Source: Rickettsiales bacterium (GTDB taxonomy: Bacteria; Pseudomonadota; Alphaproteobacteria; Rs-D84). Taken from it: a stretch of 64,000 bases of DNA. Under the pieces are notes generated by a model that was not told the origin of the DNA, made no database searches, and saw only the letters and a program-made list of their open reading frames with translations. The position numbers were made by a program, and so were the translations under genes. Every line of letters starts with the position of its first letter. Position 1 is the first letter of the stretch. Below, piece after piece: positions 43,581 through 53,083 of this stretch. The stretch is taken from positions 76,738-140,737 of the forward strand of contig JAISAB010000002.1 of NCBI GenBank assembly GCA_031266915.1, in the 5' to 3' direction.

Positions 43581-44642
43581 ATGAAAAAAACAATCCGCAT
43601 GTTATTCTTCCTGGCATGCGTCTTTTGCGCGCTGGACGCGCGCGCCGGATGCAAAGGCACCGAATGGACGTACAAGCGGAACAATCACGGCAACAACGGC
43701 AACGCCATAGGATGTGACTGCAGCGAGAAATCCAGCGGATACCGAATATACGAGCGCGGATACAACTCTAAAGCGTTTGTTGACGGCAACAAGACCAGAT
43801 GCAACTTTCCAAATCGCAGCTATTGCCATGATACCAGCGGCGCCCGCGACACGTGGGAGAACTGTACCGGAAAAATCATATATTCCGGAACTCCGTCAAG
43901 CCATGATTCCAGCGGTCTGGGGCATCAGATTCCGGCGGACGTTCTTTTCGAAGTGTCGTCGCTGCCGCTGAACAGCACGGCACGGCCGCACCTAAATGAC
44001 GGCGGCGACGAGAGCAACTGCAAACAGGACGGCAAAAATGGCGAGTGCGGATGGGTCGCATTTTGCAACAGCGGATTCGAATGGAATTCGACACACAAAA
44101 AGTGCGTTTGCCCCGCTGGCCGGGTCTCGTCTCCGGATGGCAAATCGTGCGTGACAATCGCCGAATGCGAATCGGATTCCAGCTATGAGGCAACGGACGG
44201 CGCCTGCATCACGTCGAAATGGTGCAGCCCGGAATGGAGGACCAGCTTCGACAACGCGCAACACGCGACGAAACTCGTCAACAACTGCGACGAATTCCGA
44301 TGCATAGACGGATACGGATTCAAATCGGCGTCGGACAAGTCCTGTGTGCCGGCCGAGGGCGACAAGTTCGGCGGCCAATACCCTGATTCGACAACCGGGA
44401 TTATGAAAAATTGCATGAAAACGCAAAAAGTGAGAATAACCAAAAGCGGCGATACTTCGGAATATTCGTGCGCAGAGGCCGATTATAAGGCGTCCGACGA
44501 CGAAATGAAGAAATGCTTTCGCTGCGAGGAAACCGAAGATTTCAAAAATTGCATAAAATTCCAAGGCAAAGACGGGATAAACGGAGTTTTGCTGAAATGT
44601 GCGAAATGTATGGAGTTAGACGCGATGCCGTGCTGGGAATAA
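43581..44642 (+). CDS. cysteine-rich secreted protein
   Basis: Signal peptide MKKTIRMLFFLACVFCALDARA, then ~40 Cys in 330 aa with EGF/TNFR-like spacing (CVCPAG, CNSGFEWNSTHKKC). Confidence 0.6.
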   Translation: MKKTIRMLFFLACVFCALDARAGCKGTEWTYKRNNHGNNGNAIGCDCSEKSSGYRIYERGYNSKAFVDGNKTRCNFPNRSYCHDTSGARDTWENCTGKIIYSGTPSSHDSSGLGHQIPADVLFEVSSLPLNSTARPHLNDGGDESNCKQDGKNGECGWVAFCNSGFEWNSTHKKCVCPAGRVSSPDGKSCVTIAECESDSSYEATDGACITSKWCSPEWRTSFDNAQHATKLVNNCDEFRCIDGYGFKSASDKSCVPAEGDKFGGQYPDSTTGIMKNCMKTQKVRITKSGDTSEYSCAEADYKASDDEMKKCFRCEETEDFKNCIKFQGKDGINGVLLKCAKCMELDAMPCWE

Positions 44643-44648
44643 AATAAG

Positions 44649-44838
44649 GCTCAACTGACAGGAATGCACCTTTTTTGCCCCAAAACTTCAAGATTCGTCA
44701 TACCGGCGCCAGCTGGTATCCATTGTATTCAAGCTGTGAACAATACCCGTATGATAAACACATTGGACCCCGTCCTGCGACGGGGTGACGCCAAGTGAGA
44801 AGAATATCGAAAAAGGTACATTCCTATCGGTTGAGCGA
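44649..44838. mobile_element. MITE-like palindromic element, copy C
   Basis: The termini are gctcaactgacaggaatgcaccttttttg ... aaaaaggtacattcctatcggttgagc. The interior has caagattcgtcataccgg and the same sequence as the copy B interior in inverted orientation. Confidence 0.6.
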
Positions 44839-44901
44839 AAATAAATATAAGTCGATTTCGAACTTTTTTAATGCGAATTTGGATTTAGTATTATAGAATA
44901 T

Positions 44902-45444
44902 ATGAATCAAAGAGAATCCGTAATGACACGAATAATAGCAGGTTTTGGCGGTGTTGGCAAAACGACACTTGCGAAAAAATATAAAAATGTTTTGGATTTA
45001 GAGTCTACTCCATATAAATATCTTATTGATAATTATAAAAGATTGGATTCCGAGGCCATAAAAGGCGAAGGAATCACTGACAAAAAGCTACATCCTGATT
45101 TTCCAAATAATTATATTTCTGCAATAAAAAACAATATGGATAAATACGATTATATCTTGGTGTGGTGTCACCCGGAAGAGATATTGCCTCACTTTGATAG
45201 AAATGGTATTGACTATGAGCTTTTTATTCCGACCAGAGATGCGTTGGATGAATATCGGCAACGATTTATCAACCGTGGCAACACGGAAGAATATGTAAAT
45301 CGTGTCAGCAGTAAAGAAGGTTATGACGTGCGCTTGCCACAATTTCAAGCCACTGGAAAACCAATCGTATTTTTAAAAAGTGGCGAGACATTGGAAAGTT
45401 ATTTCAAGAACAATAGTGATTATCCGCCGCTGTTGGCTGCTTGA
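44902..45444 (+). CDS. small P-loop NTPase with NB-ARC-like Walker A (GFGGVGKTTLA)
   Basis: MTRIIAGFGGVGKTTLAKKY, a Walker B-like hydrophobic stretch plus acidic residues (YDYILVWCHPEE), 180 aa, and an AT-rich islet location. Confidence 0.5.
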   Translation: MNQRESVMTRIIAGFGGVGKTTLAKKYKNVLDLESTPYKYLIDNYKRLDSEAIKGEGITDKKLHPDFPNNYISAIKNNMDKYDYILVWCHPEEILPHFDRNGIDYELFIPTRDALDEYRQRFINRGNTEEYVNRVSSKEGYDVRLPQFQATGKPIVFLKSGETLESYFKNNSDYPPLLAA

Positions 45445-45618
45445 TATTATTTATAAAGATTCGAATGTTTTGTATGTAAAGCGCGACAGACGGGGGAATT
45501 CCCGTGCGCCTGCACAAGCCGACAGCAATCAAATCCAGTTCGTGACGCATGATGTTCAAATATTGATTTCTGCCGATACCGCGGTATAATAACTGTGTAA
45601 AAACGCGAGGAACATGAA

Positions 45619-46515
45619 ATGGCATTCGATAAATTTCTTCAAGAAGACAAAGCGGCGCTGTACATAGAAGGTCGATCCGAGGCTTGGGCGCATCCGTTCG
45701 ACGATTGGAGGGAATCGTTAAAAATCGCCTTCGCCATTTTGATTTACTGCGCCGAGAACGGATTAAAAATCTCATACGCTGGATTGGGAAGAATATCCAA
45801 TATGCCGGAACAATATACCACGACGGGCCGTCAGGCCCTGGGCATTGTCGCCGGATATATGTTGGAATGCATAGGCAGATATTGTCAAACTTTGCCGAGC
45901 AAGCCCAGGCTGACTTCGTTATGTGTTTCGTATGTTTCTGGATTTCCGGGCGGCAGGTACTACGAGTTTTTCGACCCGGAAAACGCGAATAAGTCGCTTG
46001 AGCGGCAAAAGCAAATTCTACTTGAACTGTTCAGGGTTTTGCAAGAATACGACTGGGGCGATGTAAAGCACGACTTGGGTGTAAATATTGACGGTATGGC
46101 GGAAAAGATTAATGCTGAGACGTTTGCCCAGGACAATTTTTATATTCCCAAAAATCAGCGGGACTTAGACGAAAAAGTCGCACAATTAAAGGAAGAGGCA
46201 AAGTACGATCCGGATAAAATAGAGGAAATCGACGCGGATGCGAAAGAGGAAAGCAGAAAGTTGTCGGGGGACGACAGACGATTCGAACAAGATACGGATT
46301 TAAAAAAATTCGAGGCGTATTTTGTGGCCGGATTCATATCAGTTTGGTCTGTCGCCGTATTGGTGATTTTATGCTCGGATTACTGGTCTGGCGGCGAGAA
46401 TATCCCGACGTCGGTATACATCACGCTTTTCGCGACGACTTTGGTGGAAGTTTTCGGGTTGCAATGGCTGGTGCTGAAGCACCTGTTTCCGAACGGTCAA
46501 AAGTCTAAAAAATAG
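45619..46515 (+). CDS. hypothetical protein with C-terminal double TM segment
   Basis: 298 aa. The soluble N-domain is followed by an acidic coiled region (EEAKYDPDKIEEIDADAKEESRK) and two C-terminal TM helices (FVAGFISVWSVAVLVILC; VYITLFATTLVEVFGLQWLVL). It lies on the same AT-rich islet as the P-loop gene. Confidence 0.5.
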   Translation: MAFDKFLQEDKAALYIEGRSEAWAHPFDDWRESLKIAFAILIYCAENGLKISYAGLGRISNMPEQYTTTGRQALGIVAGYMLECIGRYCQTLPSKPRLTSLCVSYVSGFPGGRYYEFFDPENANKSLERQKQILLELFRVLQEYDWGDVKHDLGVNIDGMAEKINAETFAQDNFYIPKNQRDLDEKVAQLKEEAKYDPDKIEEIDADAKEESRKLSGDDRRFEQDTDLKKFEAYFVAGFISVWSVAVLVILCSDYWSGGENIPTSVYITLFATTLVEVFGLQWLVLKHLFPNGQKSKK

Positions 46516-46559
46516 CACGACCGTTTCAGTGCGGCGCTGGTGAAACAAGGGCTTGGAAA

Positions 46560-47021
46560 ATGAAATTAAAAATAAAGTTCGCATCAGATTATGTCCGACA
46601 GATTTATCAGAAATCCGAAAAACGCGGAATAGAATGGTCGCGCGGGGATTCCGGAATAGACCTGCGCTCGGTCGAAGATGATTTAATATTACAGCCCGGT
46701 GAAACAAAGATTATTGATTCCGGCGTTGCGTGCGAAATATCCGATTGCGACGGCGATTGTTATGAAATCCAATTGCGGCCGCGCTCTGGTTTAACCAAGG
46801 CCGGCATATTGGGGCATTTTGGAACAATCGATTTCGCCTATCGCGGATTCATCGGAATGAGCGTCACGAATATTTCCGGCGCACCGTTTGAAATCAAAAA
46901 GGGTGAAAGAATTAAACAAATGATAGTCGCCCCTATACTGAAACCGGTGATTGAATTCTGCGATGATTTATCCAATACCGAACGCGGCGCCGGCGGATTC
47001 GGTTCGACAGGGCGGGCGTGA
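46560..47021 (+). CDS. dut: dUTP diphosphatase
   Basis: All five dUTPase motifs are present (GDSGIDLRS; RPRSGL; GTIDFAYRG; ERI.Q; TERGAGGFGSTG). Confidence 0.9.
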   Translation: MKLKIKFASDYVRQIYQKSEKRGIEWSRGDSGIDLRSVEDDLILQPGETKIIDSGVACEISDCDGDCYEIQLRPRSGLTKAGILGHFGTIDFAYRGFIGMSVTNISGAPFEIKKGERIKQMIVAPILKPVIEFCDDLSNTERGAGGFGSTGRA

Positions 47022-47108
47022 CGGCGCAAGGTCCCATGTCGATAAATAAAAAATATGGAAATATAATATACTGATAAAACCAATATGGTTTTTTCTGCAA
47101 TCAGAATC

Positions 47109-47140
47109 GCTGTATATGCATGATTTCATGCATATACAGC
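47109..47140 (+). terminator. perfect 14-bp-stem hairpin between convergent dut and atl, followed by a T-run
   Basis: gctgtatatgcatga-tttc-atgcatatacagc, then cgttttt. Confidence 0.6.
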
Positions 47141-47146
47141 CGTTTT

Positions 47147-47512
47147 TCAAAATACCAGCGGCGCGTCTTTCAGGTCTTCGGGACGGATGGATATTTCGGT
47201 CGCGCCGGACCATTGATGTTGTTCCAATTTCACTTTTTTGTCGCGCGTGAACGCGACGCCCTCGGCACGCAGGGACTTGTACTGCTCGTTCGTCCAGCCG
47301 GACGAATCGGGGCACAAACTGCCGTCCTTGAACACGACGCGATGCCACGGCAGATGCCACATTTTCTGATTATTGGATGCGAATCCGACGAATCGCGCCA
47401 TGCGCGGCCGGCCAATCATGCGCGCGATTTGGCCATAGGTCGCGACCTTTCCTGACGGGATTTTTTCCACGATGTCATAAACTTGCTCGTTAAATGTTTT
47501 CATAATTTTCAT
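47147..47512 (-). CDS. atl: alkyltransferase-like protein (MGMT-fold DNA-binding domain without the active-site Cys)
   Basis: The HTH region YGQIARMIGRPRMARFVG and PWHRVV, with Trp replacing Cys in the PCHRV motif, are the hallmark of ATL proteins (E. coli YbaZ). Confidence 0.75.
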   Translation of the reverse strand: MKIMKTFNEQVYDIVEKIPSGKVATYGQIARMIGRPRMARFVGFASNNQKMWHLPWHRVVFKDGSLCPDSSGWTNEQYKSLRAEGVAFTRDKKVKLEQHQWSGATEISIRPEDLKDAPLVF

Positions 47513-47634
47513 TCTATAGCATAAAACATTTTATTCAACGATAATCTTTCCAAGCGTCGCATCCCAGAATCGAGACAGGGCAGTCGTCCAAATAATCGCG
47601 GATTCAAAAGCGCGTGAAACAAACTATCAATCAT

Positions 47635-47666
47635 CTGTATATGCATGATTTAGTGCATATACAGAC
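47635..47666. repeat. hairpin of the same family as 47109-47140
   Basis: tctgtatatgca-tgatttag-tgcatatacaga, on the other side of atl. Confidence 0.5.
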
Positions 47667-47669
47667 GAT

Positions 47670-48506
47670 TTAACTATTCCTGTTATGACCGTTGCAGTAA
47701 CAAATTCCGTGCGCCGTCAGAATATTTTTCAGGGTTTCTTTGGACCGTCCGACTGTGCGCGAAAGCTCGCTTATATTATCGTACAGCGCCGCTTTTTCGA
47801 TAATGACCTGTTCTTCCTGCTCAGATATGGTTTTCCGTTTGCCTCCTGTCCGAGTTTTGAAAATATTGAGGGTTTTGTTCCAGCAGTACAGAGTTCGGTA
47901 ATTCAGACCGTGTTTTTTCGACACGACCATGACCCCTTTGCAATTTCCATGAAAGATATTGTAATCGCGAACTTCCCGCAGAATGACGGCGCGCTGCGCG
48001 GACGGAATCGCCTTGGGATTCTTTTTCGCTTTGAATATATGCAGCGGCTCGTTCCATTCGGAAATGGTTACGTTATTGATGTTGAAGCGGCGGCTGGCTG
48101 CCATAATGCCGTTGCGGGCGGCATATGACAGAATCGCTATTTTTTCGGAATGCGTGTAAGTTTTGCGTTTTTTGACATCCAGTATTTTCAAAATGCCGTT
48201 GTGGTATTTTAATTTATTCAGATTAAATTCTGGATTTTCCCGCGCAATATCGGAAAGGCTTTTATTGTTTTCTTTCGCCCGGATTAAAAGTTGTTCGATT
48301 TTTTTCGCGTTTTTGCCGTCTTGTTCCAGTTTCTGCAAATAATCCGGGTCGGATTTGAAACGTTTGTTCCAATACTTTACGGATTTATAACTGTATTCGG
48401 TATAGTGGCTGGCGACGTAGGTCAGCGGCTGTCCCGCCGCTTTTGCCTGGGCCAGCAGGTCTTTTAATTTAACAAGCTGTTCGTATGTCAAAGTATTATC
48501 GGTCAT
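47670..48506 (-). CDS. transposase-related protein with two HTH domains (possible IS630/Tc1-type or IS3-orfA-type N-terminal remnant; no DDE domain)
   Basis: HTH-like segments (SEKIAILSYAARNGIMAASRRFNINNVTISEW; ISEQEEQVIIEKAALYDNISELSRTVGRSKETLKNIL) are present. The gene is AT-rich, with no catalytic domain downstream. Confidence 0.4.
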   Translation of the reverse strand: MTDNTLTYEQLVKLKDLLAQAKAAGQPLTYVASHYTEYSYKSVKYWNKRFKSDPDYLQKLEQDGKNAKKIEQLLIRAKENNKSLSDIARENPEFNLNKLKYHNGILKILDVKKRKTYTHSEKIAILSYAARNGIMAASRRFNINNVTISEWNEPLHIFKAKKNPKAIPSAQRAVILREVRDYNIFHGNCKGVMVVSKKHGLNYRTLYCWNKTLNIFKTRTGGKRKTISEQEEQVIIEKAALYDNISELSRTVGRSKETLKNILTAHGICYCNGHNRNS

Positions 48507-48811
48507 AATTGTATCCTATTGATTTATACACCGTATTATAATTGACTTTAATGATATTTGTCAAATAAAAAATAACTATAAAATATTAACATCGGGGCTT
48601 GTCAAATTCGCGCGCGCGGCGGCGGAATTCAACAATCCCGGAATTCGGCCGGCGAATTGCCGCCATAGTTTTTTACAGATACGCCGGTATGCGATAAAAA
48701 TCGCCGTATGCGGCGAATTCGGCTTTATTCCTAGGAAATCAAACCGGGCGGCGAATCGTCGAAAGTGCGATACAATGGCTGACGCTGCAAAAGCAAAAAA
48801 AGGAGACATAA

Positions 48812-49360
48812 ATGAAAAACTTGATAAGAAATTTTTTAACGTTTGCATCCGTTTTAAGCGTTGCGGGGATGCTGGCGGCCTGTTCGTCCGATTCCAAGAC
48901 GACACAAGCCGATTCGAACGATGGCGTGGAATACTATCAGACTCGGGAAAAATCTGACGTGAGAAGAGTAAGCGCGAAAATGTACACGCGCGGCGCCGCC
49001 GGCGAATCGCGAATGGGAGAGATTAGATTCCACGAAACGGAATCCGGCTTGAAGATGGATGTCGATTTGAAAGACATGCGTCCGGGCGTCGATTATTCGA
49101 TAAATGTCTATCGGTTCGACTGTCCGAAGATGAAAGAAATGAAAAAAATGAAAGACAAGAAAAACGGGGATAAAACCTGCGCCAAGGAAAAGATGTCCGT
49201 TAATTTGCCAACGCTGCGCGCGGACGCATCGGGCGCGGTAAAGGAAACGTTCATGATTCACGGATTTTCTGCAAAGCAGCTGAAGAACGCGAAGATAGTA
49301 TTGTCGCGCGACGGCAATGATAAAGCGGCGTGGGGCAGGGCGGAAAAGACCTTATTCTAG
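48812..49360 (+). CDS. lipoprotein, possibly degenerate Cu/Zn-SOD-like beta-sandwich
   Basis: The lipobox is MLAACSS. GEIRFHETESGLKMDVDLKDMRPGVDYSINVYRFDC loosely parallels the SodC G.v.F.q...l.gL.pG.HGFHVHe.GdC region, but the metal-binding His residues are replaced. Confidence 0.4.
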   Translation: MKNLIRNFLTFASVLSVAGMLAACSSDSKTTQADSNDGVEYYQTREKSDVRRVSAKMYTRGAAGESRMGEIRFHETESGLKMDVDLKDMRPGVDYSINVYRFDCPKMKEMKKMKDKKNGDKTCAKEKMSVNLPTLRADASGAVKETFMIHGFSAKQLKNAKIVLSRDGNDKAAWGRAEKTLF

Positions 49361-49601
49361 GGTTCGAGACCGATTGAATTCAATCGCGCTCGGCGGATGA
49401 TTTCATCCGCCGGGCCCCCGCGGGAACAAAGTTTTCGCGCGGTGGGATTTTTCCTGAAACCGGCGTTGTCCGCATTGCCGTACGGGCAAGGCCGATGATG
49501 CCGCGGCGGGCGGCACCAACACCCGCCGCCGCGCCGCCGGTTTTTACACAGAAAGAACCCCTGGGGATGCCCGGGGGTTCGCGTTTTGCAATCCAGCCGA
49601 A

Positions 49602-50054
49602 TCAGCGATTGTATTTTTCTTTGGTTTTAAAGTTTTTTATCTGTTCGGAATAAACGGCGTGAAATCGTTTGGCGCCATCTTTGATTATTTTGCGTTCGTC
49701 CCGCGACAGGACGCGAATCAGACCCTCGCGTTTAATGTCTTGAATAGAGCACATATCGACAGCGTATTTTTCATCGGCGGACAACGCGCCGCCGGGCCCC
49801 TTGGCGCCAAGCAAATCTTTGGCCGCGTGTTCGGCGCGTTTGCGAATTGTGTCGATATTTCTGATGACCGATTCCACCAGCGCCCTGGTTTCCCGCAGTA
49901 TCCGGTCATCGCCCAGGTCGATGGCAATCCCTTTGGTTTTTTTGATTCTGGCGCTGTTTAGTTCCGATTTTATAGCCGCCTTTAAGAAGTCTATCACGAT
50001 ATTCAAGTCATTTTTAACAAACAGTTTGCCATTCGCTTTTCTGAATAAATTCAT
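49602..50054 (-). CDS. hypothetical protein
   Basis: 150-aa basic protein with no recognised family. It is convergent with the lipoprotein gene, across a GC-rich hairpin-rich spacer. Confidence 0.45.
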   Translation of the reverse strand: MNLFRKANGKLFVKNDLNIVIDFLKAAIKSELNSARIKKTKGIAIDLGDDRILRETRALVESVIRNIDTIRKRAEHAAKDLLGAKGPGGALSADEKYAVDMCSIQDIKREGLIRVLSRDERKIIKDGAKRFHAVYSEQIKNFKTKEKYNR

Positions 50055-50198
50055 GGTTTTTCTCCTTGTTCCAAATAATATGTAGGTCGTTTGGGATTTT
50101 TTTCAAGCGTCCGGAAATCTTAAATTTTTCATCTTGACGAAGAAATAATAAATAACCGCTTGTATTGACATGAATTCGCTTCAAGAAATGATTCCTAT

Positions 50199-51788
50199 TT
50201 GTTAATCTCAATCACGGAGATGAGAAACCTAATCACATATTTTTTAATGGGATATATTTCGACCATGACTTTTGCAGCGGCCGGGCCGCTGCCCATCGAT
50301 TCGGTCGTCAGCGGTCCTGTTTGGAATGTTTATCAAGATGTTTTCATTTCCGAGCGCGCGATTGTGGATGTGGGCCGGATTGATATTGCCGAACCCGTCT
50401 ATATCGAAAACGAGGGCAGTATTTCCGGCAACATGTTTCTTTGTGACATATGTTCCGTCAAAATTCGCAACGCCGGCGAGATAAACGGGAGAATATATGT
50501 GCCCGACGGGGCCGGGCTGGTTCAGGTCATCAATACCCAAGACGATATAACGAAGTTAAAGGTGCAGGCTTTGGATTTTTCCATTTTTGTCAGCAGCGCC
50601 ACGCCCCTGAATTTGTCCGACATTATGAAAATATCTGGCAATGCGGAAAAAATCGTGTTGGGCGATTCGTTCATAATTCTGGGGTCTGCCGTAAACATTC
50701 AGCCGCTGGGGCGGACGCCGCCCGAAATCGAATTGGCCGGAACCGTAGTAATGGAAATTGATGACATCGCAACACTGGACGGTGAACGTATATTGTCGAA
50801 CGTATCCGGCGACGGCATAGTCATGGTCGCGTCCAAAAACATTGACCCTTTGCATGTCGTGCGAACTAGCGTGGACAACGGCGGCCTTTATGCGTCCATA
50901 GTGCGCGAAACGGATTATCGGAAATTTCTGGGCGACGGGTTGGGCGGATTCCTGAACAAATTGAGAATATCCGACCCGGACAATCCGACGCTGCGGGCGA
51001 TGGATGGCGCCGCCAGCATGTCCGAACTGAACGATGTGATGGGCAAATCTGTTTCGCTGAATCCGATAAAGCTGATGGCGCCAGTCGCGGCATTCGAGAA
51101 TTTCGAAATGAATTCTGCCAAGGAAATGTCCGATTCGAAAAATATCAATTTCGAAGCGACACATATTTTTTCCGGCGCGTACGGGCTGTATGCGGTAAAG
51201 ACGTCTTGGTCGGCCCGTGCCGGCGATGCGGCGGCCAGCGCATCCGCGTACCTTGGCGCGTTTGAAAACAACGGCGATTTGAACGAATTTTCAGGAATGA
51301 TGTACGGTGCGAACCTTTACGGTCGTTATTCCGGCAAAAGCCTGTGGATGGACGCCAGTCTGGGGTTCACGGTTTCTGATTTCAAGACAGGCATGATTTT
51401 CGATGGAAAAAATGTCCGCCGCGACCCAACTGGAATTTCCATATACGAAGCCGGCGACGCCGGAATGAAATTCGAAATCGACGACGATTTCCGCGTGTCG
51501 CCGTTCATCGGAATCGGCGGCCGACACGCGCGCGTCCTTCATCAATCCGAAAACGATATTTTTGTCCGCGGCGGCGCAGTCGCGGAATTCAGCGCCGAGG
51601 CCGCCGGCATCAGAAATGATTATCGGATTTCCGTAACCGCGTACGACGCCGGCGCCTATGCTGCGGACATTGGGATGAAATTCTTTTCTATATCCGATAT
51701 GGCCGGCGGCGGGATTTCCTATGGAATAATCAATGACCGCAACGGCATAAGCCACAAAATATCCGCCACCGCGCGTTTTGATTTTTAG
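50199..51788 (+). CDS. autotransporter-like outer-membrane protein (probable start at 50220)
   Basis: The signal peptide is MRNLITYFLMGYISTMTFAAAG. The C-terminal ~250 aa have alternating beta-strand patterns (YGANLYGRYSG, GFTVSDFKTGMIF, VSPFIGIGGRHARV) and end in ...ATARFDF. Confidence 0.6.
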   Translation: MLISITEMRNLITYFLMGYISTMTFAAAGPLPIDSVVSGPVWNVYQDVFISERAIVDVGRIDIAEPVYIENEGSISGNMFLCDICSVKIRNAGEINGRIYVPDGAGLVQVINTQDDITKLKVQALDFSIFVSSATPLNLSDIMKISGNAEKIVLGDSFIILGSAVNIQPLGRTPPEIELAGTVVMEIDDIATLDGERILSNVSGDGIVMVASKNIDPLHVVRTSVDNGGLYASIVRETDYRKFLGDGLGGFLNKLRISDPDNPTLRAMDGAASMSELNDVMGKSVSLNPIKLMAPVAAFENFEMNSAKEMSDSKNINFEATHIFSGAYGLYAVKTSWSARAGDAAASASAYLGAFENNGDLNEFSGMMYGANLYGRYSGKSLWMDASLGFTVSDFKTGMIFDGKNVRRDPTGISIYEAGDAGMKFEIDDDFRVSPFIGIGGRHARVLHQSENDIFVRGGAVAEFSAEAAGIRNDYRISVTAYDAGAYAADIGMKFFSISDMAGGGISYGIINDRNGISHKISATARFDF

Positions 51789-53083
51789 GCGACGATTTCC
51801 CCGCGCAGGCACGACTTGTTCGCGCCCGTGATTTTAACGTCGACCATTGCGCCGATTTCAAAGTCCGGCCTGGACACGATACATTGCTGCATATGCGGCG
51901 TGCGGCATAATAAATTATCGCCGCTTTTGTCTGGGCCTTCCAACAAACAGGCGACGGTCTTGCCGACAAACGATTCGTTAAATTCGCGCTGGACCTCGTT
52001 CAAATAATCATCCAGGATTTTAAGGCGCTGTTTCTTGATATTTTCAGGAATCTGATTTTTCATTCCGATGGCGGCCGTATGCGGTCGCGGCGAATATTTG
52101 AATGAATACGAATTTATGTATCCTACGCGCCGGGCGATTTCCATAGTCTGGGCGAAGTCCGCGTCTGTTTCCCCAGGAAAGCCCACGATAAAGTCGCTGG
52201 ATATTCGGATGTCCGGACGCGCTGCGCGCAGCCGGTCGACAATATCCATATACAGTTCGATGGAATAGGGCCGGTTCATCGCCGCCAATATATCCGGCGA
52301 GCCGCTTTGGACCGGCATGTTCAAGAACGGCAGCAGTTTCGGCTCGGTCTTGAATAATTCGATTAAATCGAACGTCATCTCGGTCGGATAGCTGGATGTA
52401 AAGCGTATGCGTTTGACGGCGTCCAGTTTGGCCGCTGCGCGTATCAAATCGGCCAGATTGTACCGTTTGCCGCTGTCGTCCATATATCTGTATCCGTTGA
52501 CGTTCTGGCCCAGAAAACAAATCTCGACCGCGCCGGTTTTCGCGGCGTGGGCCGCGTCACGGATAACGTCGCCGAACGGGCGCGATATTTCGCGGCCGCG
52601 GGTATAAGGCACAATGCAATAAGTGCAGTTGTGATTGCAGCCCTCTTGTATCGGGATATACGCGATTGTGGGCGAGGTTTCCATCCGCGGCAATTCATCG
52701 AATTTTTCCAATCCGCCCAGGTCGATGTTCAGCAATTTGCTTTCTGGGTTTTCCAAAATGTCCGGCAATTTGTGATAGCTCTGCGGTCCCAGGACGAAGT
52801 TGAGTTCTGGGATGCGCAGGAAAGCATCGGCGCCGGACTCGCGCGCGACGCAGCCGACAATGCCGAACAGGGCGCCGGGCTTTTTCGCGCGGCGGATGCG
52901 GCCCAATGCGCTGAAGACTTTGTTGGTGGCCTTTTCGCGAACGCTGCATGTGTTCAGGATAATCAAATCGGCGTCCGTTAATTCTTCGGTCGGCGTCCAG
53001 CACATGCCCGTCAGCATGGACGCGATTCGTTGTCCGTCATATACATTCATCTGGCAGCCAAAGGTCTGGATATGGAACTTCAA
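51785..53083 (-). CDS. miaB: tRNA-i6A37 methylthiotransferase MiaB
   Basis: An MTTase N-domain (TFGCQMN), the radical-SAM motif CNHNCTYC and a C-terminal TRAM domain are present. Confidence 0.92.
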   Translation of the reverse strand: MKFHIQTFGCQMNVYDGQRIASMLTGMCWTPTEELTDADLIILNTCSVREKATNKVFSALGRIRRAKKPGALFGIVGCVARESGADAFLRIPELNFVLGPQSYHKLPDILENPESKLLNIDLGGLEKFDELPRMETSPTIAYIPIQEGCNHNCTYCIVPYTRGREISRPFGDVIRDAAHAAKTGAVEICFLGQNVNGYRYMDDSGKRYNLADLIRAAAKLDAVKRIRFTSSYPTEMTFDLIELFKTEPKLLPFLNMPVQSGSPDILAAMNRPYSIELYMDIVDRLRAARPDIRISSDFIVGFPGETDADFAQTMEIARRVGYINSYSFKYSPRPHTAAIGMKNQIPENIKKQRLKILDDYLNEVQREFNESFVGKTVACLLEGPDKSGDNLLCRTPHMQQCIVSRPDFEIGAMVDVKITGANKSCLRGEIVA

